Shown in pieces: positions 1-7,975 of a DNA stretch of 33,799 nt; position 1 is the stretch's first letter, and each line of letters starts with the position of its first letter. The DNA is from an uncultured bacterium. GTDB lineage: Bacteria > CAZSTA01. The stretch lies in NCBI GenBank assembly GCA_964609495.1, contig CAZSTA010000016.1, positions 1 through 33,799 on the forward strand. The letters run 5' to 3'. A program made the position numbers and the translations under genes. A model generated the notes under the pieces. That model was not told the DNA's origin and made no database searches. It saw only the letters and a program-made list of their open reading frames with translations.

Positions 1-93
1 TCTCCCCTTGTGGGAGAGGGATAGGGTGAGGGGGAAAGTATATCTTGAGCTTATCAGCAAAAAACTAAGAATAATAAGCTATTTACTTGAAAC
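1..93 (+). repeat. Family B GC-rich palindromic element, right half plus tail (cut by window start)
   Basis: TCTCCCCTTGTGGGAGAGGGATAGGGTGAGGGGGA matches 20613-20647. The tail (TCTTGA...AAAAACTAAGAATAA...TGAAACT) aligns with 20653-20700. Confidence 0.85.
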
Positions 94-162
94 TACTCCA
101 ATTTTGTAGGGGAGATCGATTGAGGCCCGCTAGTTACCTTTGGCATAATAGGGTGATTTAAA

Positions 163-1074
163 ATGTATGACCCTGTTCAGTCTATCGATAAGGTGTTAGA
201 GGAAGTAATTCGAGAACTAGGTCTTTGGAAAGGATTTAAGAGGCAATCCGCTCTATCTATCTGGTCGAAGGCTGTAGGAGAGGATATCTCAGAGCGAACT
301 AATCCAGTGAGTATCAGGAATGGAATACTATTTGTCGGGGTTACTAACTCTATGTGGCTTCAGCAACTTATCTTTATGAAGAGCGAGATACTAGCTAAGT
401 TGAATGAGAAGCTAGGGGGAGATTTCGTTAAAGATATTCACTTCCGAGTGACCCACTTCTCATATAGCAAGACAGAAACTACTACGTCTCAATCCGCTTC
501 TTATTCCCATCCCAGTGTAGATGTGGAGCTGGATGAGGATGAGCTGAAGCAGATAGATAAGCTCCTAGTCGGGTTTCCTGATCAAGAAGTCCGAGACAGA
601 CTCTATAAGTTTTTAGTTAAGGACGCAAAGAGGCAGAAAGGATGGGCTAAACAGGGATACGTAAAGTGCAAGCTATGTGGCGCATACCATAAACAGGAAG
701 AAGAGATATGTCCTATATGTCAAAGCAGTTTAGATGAGAATAGGGTAGAGGTGATAAAGAAGATCCTGGAGGGTAATCCCTGGCTTAGATGCGAGGAGAT
801 TCTAGCGATGGGGATTAATATCAATCGGACAGAATATAGGAAGGCTAAGTTCGATCTTATCTCTAAATATAGAAAGGAAATGGAGGATAAAGCGGTAGAG
901 TATTTGAAGGAACGGATACCTCCCAGATACGAGGCCTTAAAAGATGTGTTATATAGATTGACTTATTTGGAGAGGAGTGTCTCTCCGGTCGAGATGAATA
1001 ATAAGGTCGTAGAAAGCGTGGTAGGGAAAAGGATCATGCGGATATTAAGAGGGGAGATGAGGAGGGCGGAGTAA
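163..1074 (+). CDS. DUF721/DciA-family protein with C-terminal Zn ribbon
   Basis: N-terminal WSKAVGEDISERTNPVSIRNGILFVGVTNSMWLQQL is typical of DUF721/DciA. CKLC...CPIC forms a Zn ribbon. Adjacent to a DUF370 gene, as in replication-origin gene clusters. Confidence 0.8.
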   Translation: MYDPVQSIDKVLEEVIRELGLWKGFKRQSALSIWSKAVGEDISERTNPVSIRNGILFVGVTNSMWLQQLIFMKSEILAKLNEKLGGDFVKDIHFRVTHFSYSKTETTTSQSASYSHPSVDVELDEDELKQIDKLLVGFPDQEVRDRLYKFLVKDAKRQKGWAKQGYVKCKLCGAYHKQEEEICPICQSSLDENRVEVIKKILEGNPWLRCEEILAMGININRTEYRKAKFDLISKYRKEMEDKAVEYLKERIPPRYEALKDVLYRLTYLERSVSPVEMNNKVVESVVGKRIMRILRGEMRRAE

Positions 1075-1080
1075 AGGGCG

Positions 1081-1353
1081 ATGTTCATCCAATTGAGCGA
1101 AGAGGTAATTATTCCCTTAGAGGATATCGTTATTATCTTAAATCTTAGAGCCCAGAGAAATCTGCCCAGATTTCTTCAGGGAATAGAGAAGAACATCGAT
1201 AAGTTAGAGGATATGACAAAGGGAGAGGTGGCACATGTTTTATGTATCACAAGATCGGGACAAGCTTATATCTCCTCTGTATCCGCTAGAACTATGCAGA
1301 GTCGAGTGAGAAGGATTTACACTAAATTAGAAAGAAGGAGGAATAAAAGGTGA
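1081..1353 (+). CDS. RemB/YaaB-like DUF370 protein
   Basis: 90 aa; MFIQLSEEVIIPLEDIVIILN...YISSVSARTMQSR resembles the DUF370 pattern. Confidence 0.7.
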   Translation: MFIQLSEEVIIPLEDIVIILNLRAQRNLPRFLQGIEKNIDKLEDMTKGEVAHVLCITRSGQAYISSVSARTMQSRVRRIYTKLERRRNKR

Positions 1354-2150
1354 AGGCTAAGGTTGGAGTTTTGACTAATACTTATGGTAAATTTTCCTTA
1401 GATGAAGCTCTTAAAGGGAGCGCTGAGGCGGGGTTTAAATACGTAGAACTTTTAGCTATCCCCGGAACCAAACATATCGTTTTAGAGAAGATGGGGGAGG
1501 AAGAGGTAGAGAAGCTAAAGGAGAAGCTAAAAGGCTATGGATTAGAGCCTACCAGCGTCAGCGCTCACAGCGATTTGACCAAGAAGGAGGGGGTGAAATA
1601 CATAAAGAAGGCGATCGACTTCGCCAAGAGCATATCTGCGGGAGTTGTGAATACTGGAGCAGGGGAAGCTGATTCTCCAGAGGGGGCATCTGCTTTCTAT
1701 GAGAATATGAAGGAGTTATCCAAATATGCCCAAGAGAAGGAGATCATCATCGGTCTGGAGACGCATGGTAGCATCTTGGGGACTGGTGAAGCTGGCTTAG
1801 CGGTTATGAAGCGGATCAACTCCGATTTTGTGCGGATCAACTATGATACCGCTAATGTCATCTTCTATGCAGGGGTAAGACCTGAGGAGGATATACATAA
1901 AATTATTGATTATATCGCTCATCTTCACCTCAAGGATAAGATCGGAGGGAAGCGGGTCTGGAATTTCCCAGCTTTAGGAGAGGGTGAGATCGACTTCAAA
2001 GTCATCTTTGATGCTCTTGAGAAGAAGGGATTCTCCGGTCCAATGGGAGTTGAGATCGAGTTCGATGGGACTGGAAAGGAGACTCTGGAGGAGGTGAATC
2101 AAGCGGTTAAGACCTCCTACGAGTTCTTGAAGAAATTCGCTCTAGTTTGA
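1350..2150 (+). CDS. Sugar phosphate isomerase/epimerase (xylose isomerase-like TIM barrel)
   Basis: Metal-ligand motifs LETH, NYDTAN, HLHLKD and VEIE, plus GEGEIDF. GTG start overlaps the upstream stop (GTGA). Confidence 0.9.
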   Translation: MKAKVGVLTNTYGKFSLDEALKGSAEAGFKYVELLAIPGTKHIVLEKMGEEEVEKLKEKLKGYGLEPTSVSAHSDLTKKEGVKYIKKAIDFAKSISAGVVNTGAGEADSPEGASAFYENMKELSKYAQEKEIIIGLETHGSILGTGEAGLAVMKRINSDFVRINYDTANVIFYAGVRPEEDIHKIIDYIAHLHLKDKIGGKRVWNFPALGEGEIDFKVIFDALEKKGFSGPMGVEIEFDGTGKETLEEVNQAVKTSYEFLKKFALV

Positions 2151-2177
2151 AACTGGGAACGATTTCGAGATCAATGA

Positions 2178-2245
2178 TAAGGGGGACTTTTGCAGGCAAA
2201 AATATATAAGGTTAAAAAGTTACCAGAATTAAAAAGTTTCCTTTA
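2178..2245. repeat. Family A palindromic element, long (68 bp) form
   Basis: TAAGGGGGACTTTTG...AAAAAGTTTCCTTTA; 62/68 identical to 10124-10191. Confidence 0.9.
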
Positions 2246-2262
2246 GAGGAAGGTGATAATAA

Positions 2263-3279
2263 GTGGTGCGAAGGATTGGTTTGTTAGGAGTTGGATTCAT
2301 AGGTAAAGTTCATGCTAGTGCTTATTCTCAGATGGATGATGCGGAACTAGTAGCTTTCGCTGATACGGACGATACTAATAGAAATGCTATGGTGGAGAAA
2401 TTCCCGACGGTTGATGCCTATATTGATGCGGAGAGTGTTCTCAGAAGGGATGATATCGATATGATCGACGTCTGCTTACCCACCTATGAGCATAAGAGAT
2501 ATGCGATAAAGGCGCTTGAGGCGGGAAAGCATACTCTCTGCGAAAAGCCAATGGCGCTCAGTGTAGAGGAAACCGAGCAGATGATCGAAACTGCCGAGAA
2601 GTCCGATAAGAAGTTTATGATCGCCCAGGTCATCAGATTTTGGGCGGAGTATGTCAAGGCTAAGAAGATCCTTGATAGCGGAGAACTGGGGAAAGCTTTG
2701 GAGATATCCGCTCTGCGCCTAAGCACAACTCCTTCCTCATCGGTTGGGAACTGGATTTTAGATCCTACGAAGAGCGGGGGAGCGGTCCTCGACCTTAGTA
2801 TCCATGATATAGATTTCGTAACTTGGCTTTTAGGAGAGCCAAAAAGGGTCTATGCTCAAGGCATAAGATCGAAGTATGGTGCCTGGGATCACATGATCAC
2901 CACGATAACTTATGCTGATGAAACTAAGGCGATAGTCGAGGGGGGATGGCTTATGCCTCCTACCTATCCCTTCACGATGGGACTTAGGATCAAATGCGAG
3001 AGGGGATGTATAGAGTTCGACTTCAAGGCCGGAGTGAATATCGAAAAGCGTGAGGAGGCAGGAGCGGTACTCGCTGTCTATAAGGAGGGTGAACCTCCTG
3101 AATATCCTGAAGTGATTCCTAAAGATGGCTATCTCAACGAGATAGAGTATTTTGTAGATTGTATCAACAAGGATAAAGATCCAGATCTTGTAACCCCGAA
3201 GGAGGCGAGTCTAGCGGTTAAGCTCGCCCTAGCCGCTAGAGAATCGGCTGAGACGGGCAAGGTGATCGAGATCGATTAG
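2263..3279 (+). CDS. Gfo/Idh/MocA family oxidoreductase
   Basis: GVGFIG Rossmann motif, AGKHTLCEKP and GGAVLDLSIHDID. Confidence 0.93.
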   Translation: MVRRIGLLGVGFIGKVHASAYSQMDDAELVAFADTDDTNRNAMVEKFPTVDAYIDAESVLRRDDIDMIDVCLPTYEHKRYAIKALEAGKHTLCEKPMALSVEETEQMIETAEKSDKKFMIAQVIRFWAEYVKAKKILDSGELGKALEISALRLSTTPSSSVGNWILDPTKSGGAVLDLSIHDIDFVTWLLGEPKRVYAQGIRSKYGAWDHMITTITYADETKAIVEGGWLMPPTYPFTMGLRIKCERGCIEFDFKAGVNIEKREEAGAVLAVYKEGEPPEYPEVIPKDGYLNEIEYFVDCINKDKDPDLVTPKEASLAVKLALAARESAETGKVIEID

Positions 3280-3313
3280 GAGACAAAATTTCTGCTGAGA
3301 AAGGAAGGTATAT

Positions 3314-5764
3314 ATGTCCAATAAGGATAATCCTAAAGATTACACGGTATATATGATTGGCAATGCTCACATCGATGCGGCTTGGCTATGGCGTTGGACG
3401 GAGGGATATTGGGTAGCGAAGACTACCTTCCGTTCCGCACTAGATCGGCTAAATGAATATCCTGATTTCACCTTTACTTGTAGTTCCGCTGTTTATTACA
3501 AGTGGATAGAGGAGAACGAGCCAGAGATGTTTGAGGAGATCAAAGAGCGGGTGAAGGAGGGAAGATTCTGCATTGTCGGAGGCTGGTGGCTACAACCCGA
3601 TTGTAATATTCCTTGTGGAGAATCCCTGGTGCGACAGGCTTTGTATGGACAAAGATATTTCCAAAGTAGATTTGGACGCAAAGCCACGGTGGGATATAAC
3701 GTGGATACTTTTGGTCATTGTGGAACTCTCCCTCAGATACTATCGAAGAGCGGACTTAATGCTTATATCTTCTTCAGACCAGGACCCCATGAGAAGGAGT
3801 TGCCCAATGGGATATTCTGGTGGGAGGCAAGCGATGGATCGAGAGTTATCGGTTGTCGCGCTCCCCATCACTATGGCTTCTATGGAGATGCGCCTGGGAT
3901 GGAGAGGAGAATTCGCACTGCCGCTGAGCAATCCCCTGCTCCCCTTAAAGACGTGCTGTGCTTCTATGGAGTAGGGGATCACGGAGGAGGTCCTACTAAG
4001 GAGGTTATAGAGGCTATTATCAAAATCAACGCTATGGAGCATACTCCTCAAGTCAAATTTGGAATACTTGACGATTACTTCGCCAAGATCAAAGCTCAAA
4101 CTACCGATTATCCAGTAGTGCATGAGGATCTTCAACATCACGCTAGAGGTTGTTATTCCGTGCACTCCGAGATAAAGCGACTCAATCGACAGAGTGAGAA
4201 TCTGCTGATGACCGCGGAGAAGTTCTCCGCTATTGACTTCAGTGCCTTTGGTAAATCGTATCCTCAAGAAGAGCTTACTCGCGCTTGGCAAAACGTCCTC
4301 TTCAACCAATTCCATGACATATTAGCAGGAACGAGTATCCCCGAGGTATATGAGGATACTAGATATTCTTATGACGAGGCTCTCAATATAGGGACTGAGG
4401 CTTTACATTGGGCGGTAGAGGATATTATCAGGCGGGTTGATACCAAAGGATGTTTAGACTCCATCGCGGTATTTAATCCGTCCAGTTGGGCGCGACAGGA
4501 TCCTATAGAGGTAGAATTCAGATGGAGAAGGCAAAGCAAATTCAAGATACTTGACAGCGAGGGAAGTTCAGTGCCTTATCAGTTTATTCAGACCGCCCAA
4601 ACTACAGCCGGAGGGGCTATACGGTTAGTTATCCTAGCCGATGTTCCTTCTCTCGGTTATCAGCTTTATCGCTGTGAAGAAGTGGAGGAAGAGGAGAAAT
4701 TCACAAATAAACTAACTGTAACCCCCACCACTATGGAGAGCGATTACTGGATACTCGAATTCGACCCCGATACTGGGTATCTCAGCAGGCTCTTCGATAA
4801 GCGCAACGAGGTGGAGGTGCTGGCTGGCGATTCTGCAATGCCTATAGTGATAGCCGATCCGAGCGATACATGGAGTCATGGGGTGGATGAATTTCGCAAG
4901 GAAGTAGGGCGCTTCACTAACGCGAAATTGACCCTTATTGAGGAGGGTCCAGTCCGAGCCAAGTTAAGGGTCGAAAGTTACTTTGGTAAATCGACTATTC
5001 AGCAGGATTGGATGATCTATGGGGATAGCGATAGGATCGATTGCCAGATGAGTGTGGATTGGCACGAGCAACATCGAATGCTCAAGCTAGCTTTCCCAGG
5101 CAACGTGAAGGAAGCTAGGGCTACTTATGAGATCCCCTATGGATATATAGAACGGGCAACTAATGGTGAGGAGGAGCCCGGACAGCAGTGGATAGATGTC
5201 TCAGGAAAAACGACTAATGCTGAAGGAGAGGAGATCGAGTATGGTTTGAGTCTCCTTAATGATAGTAAGTATGGCTTCGATGTCAAGGATGCGGAGATGC
5301 GGATGTCCGTTTTGCGCAGTCCGATATATGCTTTCCATATCCCTGCTCAGAAGGAGCCAGGTAAATTCTATCATTATATAGATCAAGGATTCCAGATCGT
5401 GAATTACTCCCTCGTTCCTCACCCCGAGAGCTGGCAGAAGGCGAAGGTAGTTAAGCGAGCTAGGGCGCTTAATAACCCCTTGATCTCGATCCTAGAGCCT
5501 CATCACGGAGGAACATTACCTCTTAGCAAATCCTTCCTCGAGGTAAAGCCAGATAATATTATGGTAAGCGTGGTTAAAAAGGCTGAGGATTCGAACGATC
5601 TCATTGTGCGTTGCTATGAGACGGATGGGGAAGAGACGAGCGCCGAGATATCTATACCCTCTATGCCCCAGAGTTGGAGAGGGAAGCTGAAGCCCAGTGA
5701 AATAAAGACCTTGAAGTTTTCTGCTAAGGGAGTGGAGGAGACCGATTTATTGGAGGGAGCTTGA
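3314..5764 (+). CDS. Alpha-mannosidase, glycoside hydrolase family 38
   Basis: GNAHIDAAWLW, DTFGH, YGVGDHGGGP and NQFHDILAGTS motifs. No signal peptide. Confidence 0.95.
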   Translation: MSNKDNPKDYTVYMIGNAHIDAAWLWRWTEGYWVAKTTFRSALDRLNEYPDFTFTCSSAVYYKWIEENEPEMFEEIKERVKEGRFCIVGGWWLQPDCNIPCGESLVRQALYGQRYFQSRFGRKATVGYNVDTFGHCGTLPQILSKSGLNAYIFFRPGPHEKELPNGIFWWEASDGSRVIGCRAPHHYGFYGDAPGMERRIRTAAEQSPAPLKDVLCFYGVGDHGGGPTKEVIEAIIKINAMEHTPQVKFGILDDYFAKIKAQTTDYPVVHEDLQHHARGCYSVHSEIKRLNRQSENLLMTAEKFSAIDFSAFGKSYPQEELTRAWQNVLFNQFHDILAGTSIPEVYEDTRYSYDEALNIGTEALHWAVEDIIRRVDTKGCLDSIAVFNPSSWARQDPIEVEFRWRRQSKFKILDSEGSSVPYQFIQTAQTTAGGAIRLVILADVPSLGYQLYRCEEVEEEEKFTNKLTVTPTTMESDYWILEFDPDTGYLSRLFDKRNEVEVLAGDSAMPIVIADPSDTWSHGVDEFRKEVGRFTNAKLTLIEEGPVRAKLRVESYFGKSTIQQDWMIYGDSDRIDCQMSVDWHEQHRMLKLAFPGNVKEARATYEIPYGYIERATNGEEEPGQQWIDVSGKTTNAEGEEIEYGLSLLNDSKYGFDVKDAEMRMSVLRSPIYAFHIPAQKEPGKFYHYIDQGFQIVNYSLVPHPESWQKAKVVKRARALNNPLISILEPHHGGTLPLSKSFLEVKPDNIMVSVVKKAEDSNDLIVRCYETDGEETSAEISIPSMPQSWRGKLKPSEIKTLKFSAKGVEETDLLEGA

Positions 5765-5779
5765 AGGAAGTGATTTAAG

Positions 5780-6136
5780 ATGGAACTAGATGATAGGGAA
5801 GGATTATTAAAAGGTATGCCTATAGAAGGTGTGCCTGTTATTCCCAACGGTGGTTTGGTAACAGGGGAGATCGAAGGTATAAAAATGTATTCAGAAGGTA
5901 ATATCCTCAATATCCGCGTTCTCGACAGTGAGGATATGGGCAAGATGGCGAATTTTGTCGCCAATGAGGTAGGGAAAACCATCAAGGTGTTGGTTGGGGA
6001 ATGTCGTCACCTCTCCCTTAAACCAGGGGATATAATCGAGTTGCCCATTAGCTATGAGGGTGACGAAAGAGGAGGGGGGTATCTCGCTTCCGGAAATAAT
6101 CTATCTATAAGGCGGAGAAGGCGGAAAGGAAGGTGA
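5780..6136 (+). CDS. Hypothetical protein, predicted beta-rich
   Basis: 118-aa ORF with RBS-like AAGGAAGTG. It fills the space between the GH38 and protease genes and ends 4 bp before the protease start. Confidence 0.7.
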   Translation: MELDDREGLLKGMPIEGVPVIPNGGLVTGEIEGIKMYSEGNILNIRVLDSEDMGKMANFVANEVGKTIKVLVGECRHLSLKPGDIIELPISYEGDERGGGYLASGNNLSIRRRRRKGR

Positions 6137-6140
6137 GTAA

Positions 6141-7799
6141 ATGGAGAGATATTTTAAACCTTTTTGTATTGCTCCTCACCCGGATGTTATAGGTGCTTGG
6201 AGGGAGGAGTATGAAGCTCGTATGAAGGAATTAGGCGATATGCCTATGGTCAGGATCGCGGAGAAACCCAAGCCCTATGGATTGGATGATGAGGTCATCT
6301 ATCCCAAGGCAGAGATAAGGGGATGGGTCTTGACCGCGCCTCGTCCTCCTATCGTTTCTAAAGTCAGCGGAGTGGTGAGGATAGTGGTGCTTCTAGTCGA
6401 TTTCGAAGATAACGAAGCCTCCACAGACCCAGAACATTATTATGATTTCCTTTTTTCAGATGGAACCTATCCTACTGGTAGCCTGCGCGATTACTATACC
6501 GAAGTTTCCCACGGGAAGGTGTTGTTGTATGGAGATGTATTCGGCTGGTATCGTGCTCCTAATCCTTACTCATACTATACCAATAAACAATATGGGCTCG
6601 GCAAATACCCAAATAACGTTCAAAGGATGGTCGAGGATACGGTAGCTTTAGCCAGCAGTGAGGTTGATTTCTCCCTCTACGATAGCAACAGAGATAATTA
6701 TGTCGATGCTTTGATAGTTGTTCACGCTGGGCCAGGAGCGGAGGTATTCCCTCCTTCGGGAGCGCTGAATAATATATGGTCGCATAAGTGGGTTACTAGC
6801 CATACCTTGGACTATAATGAAGTTAATATGTTCGCCTATCTGACCGTTCCTGAGGATGGGAAGCTGGGGGTATTTGCCCATGAGCTTGGTCATCTCCTCT
6901 TCCGCTGGCCAGACCTTTATGACTATGTTTATCCGAAATCTTCTGGACTGGGGGAGTGGTGTGTGATGGCTTCGGGAAGCTGGAACAATGGGGGCGATAC
7001 TCCTGCTCATCCCTCTGCCTGGTGCAAGCTGCAGCAGGGTTGGATCGATCCTATCACCATCGAAGATAGAGGGATGATAGCTATCCCTAGAGCAAATGAT
7101 TATCAGAGAGTATACAAATTGTGGACTGATGGGAAGCCTAAGGATGAGTATTTCCTCCTGGAGAATCGTAAGAAGCACGGCTTCGATTCCTCTCTTCCGG
7201 GAGAAGGGCTTCTGATCTATCATGTTGATGAGGACCAAACGAATAATAATGACGAGAGACGCTACAAAGTGGGGCTTATGCAAGCTGATGGCAAGAACGA
7301 TCTGGCGAGAATAGGTGGCAATCGAGGGGATGATGGCGATCCCTTCCCCGGCAGTTCTGATAATCGATGTTTCGACGAAAACTCGAATCCCTCTACCGAT
7401 GATTACGACGATTATCCGACCGGGGTCTCGGTTACCGACATCAGCGATCCTGGGAGTATTATGTATGCCCAGGTAGATGTAAGAAAAAGGATAGTCCCAA
7501 CTGGACCTGAAGTGCCAACGCCCACTCCTGAGGAGCTCGAAGCAGGAGTTGAAAAGCTCTCTCTATATGAAATATCTGAGGCTGTTCTTCACCCCTCTCA
7601 TCGGGTCGTGCATCTGGTGACAGAGGTCGAGGGGATCGGGAGATTAAGAGCTAGTGCTTTAGCTGGAATAGGGATCATTANNNNNNNNNNGGAGAATTTA
7701 GCTAGTACCTCCTCGGAAGTAGTAGCTAGTGCTTTGGCATCCTCAATAGAGACTGCGAGCGGATATATAGTTCAGGCTAAGAGACTTCTAGGGATGTGA
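6141..7799 (+). CDS. M6 family (immune inhibitor A-like) metalloprotease with C-terminal helix-hairpin-helix-like region
   Basis: VLLVDF, HAGPG, IWSH, zinc motif HELGHLLFRWPDLYD, WCVMASGSW, EYFLLENR and GLLIYHVDE. C-terminal EVEGIG...LAGIGI. The frame across the 10-N gap at 7681-7690 is assumed. Confidence 0.9.
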   Translation: MERYFKPFCIAPHPDVIGAWREEYEARMKELGDMPMVRIAEKPKPYGLDDEVIYPKAEIRGWVLTAPRPPIVSKVSGVVRIVVLLVDFEDNEASTDPEHYYDFLFSDGTYPTGSLRDYYTEVSHGKVLLYGDVFGWYRAPNPYSYYTNKQYGLGKYPNNVQRMVEDTVALASSEVDFSLYDSNRDNYVDALIVVHAGPGAEVFPPSGALNNIWSHKWVTSHTLDYNEVNMFAYLTVPEDGKLGVFAHELGHLLFRWPDLYDYVYPKSSGLGEWCVMASGSWNNGGDTPAHPSAWCKLQQGWIDPITIEDRGMIAIPRANDYQRVYKLWTDGKPKDEYFLLENRKKHGFDSSLPGEGLLIYHVDEDQTNNNDERRYKVGLMQADGKNDLARIGGNRGDDGDPFPGSSDNRCFDENSNPSTDDYDDYPTGVSVTDISDPGSIMYAQVDVRKRIVPTGPEVPTPTPEELEAGVEKLSLYEISEAVLHPSHRVVHLVTEVEGIGRLRASALAGIGIIXXXXENLASTSSEVVASALASSIETASGYIVQAKRLLGM

Positions 7800-7824
7800 T
7801 CTCCCTCAAAAAATCGGGGACGAA

Positions 7825-7875
7825 TAAAGGGAACTTTTTCACCTTGAGTCCTATTGCCTGCAAAAGTTCCCTTTA
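7825..7875. repeat. Family A palindromic element, short (51 bp) form
   Basis: Perfect 14-bp inverted ends TAAAGGGAACTTTT / AAAAGTTCCCTTTA. Core ACCTTGAGTCCTATT is shared with 9419-9467. Confidence 0.9.
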
Positions 7876-7912
7876 AAGAGGCACTCTAGGTATCTTATAG
7901 AGTGCCTCTTTA
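7874..7912. terminator. 15-bp perfect stem-loop between convergent genes, probable bidirectional terminator
   Basis: TAAAGAGGCACTCTA-9 nt-TAGAGTGCCTCTTTA followed by T-rich sequence. Confidence 0.7.
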
Positions 7913-7975
7913 TTTATCCATTTATTCGCCCCGCTTTCTGAAAATTTATTCAATTATTTACCGAATAAATCTCCT

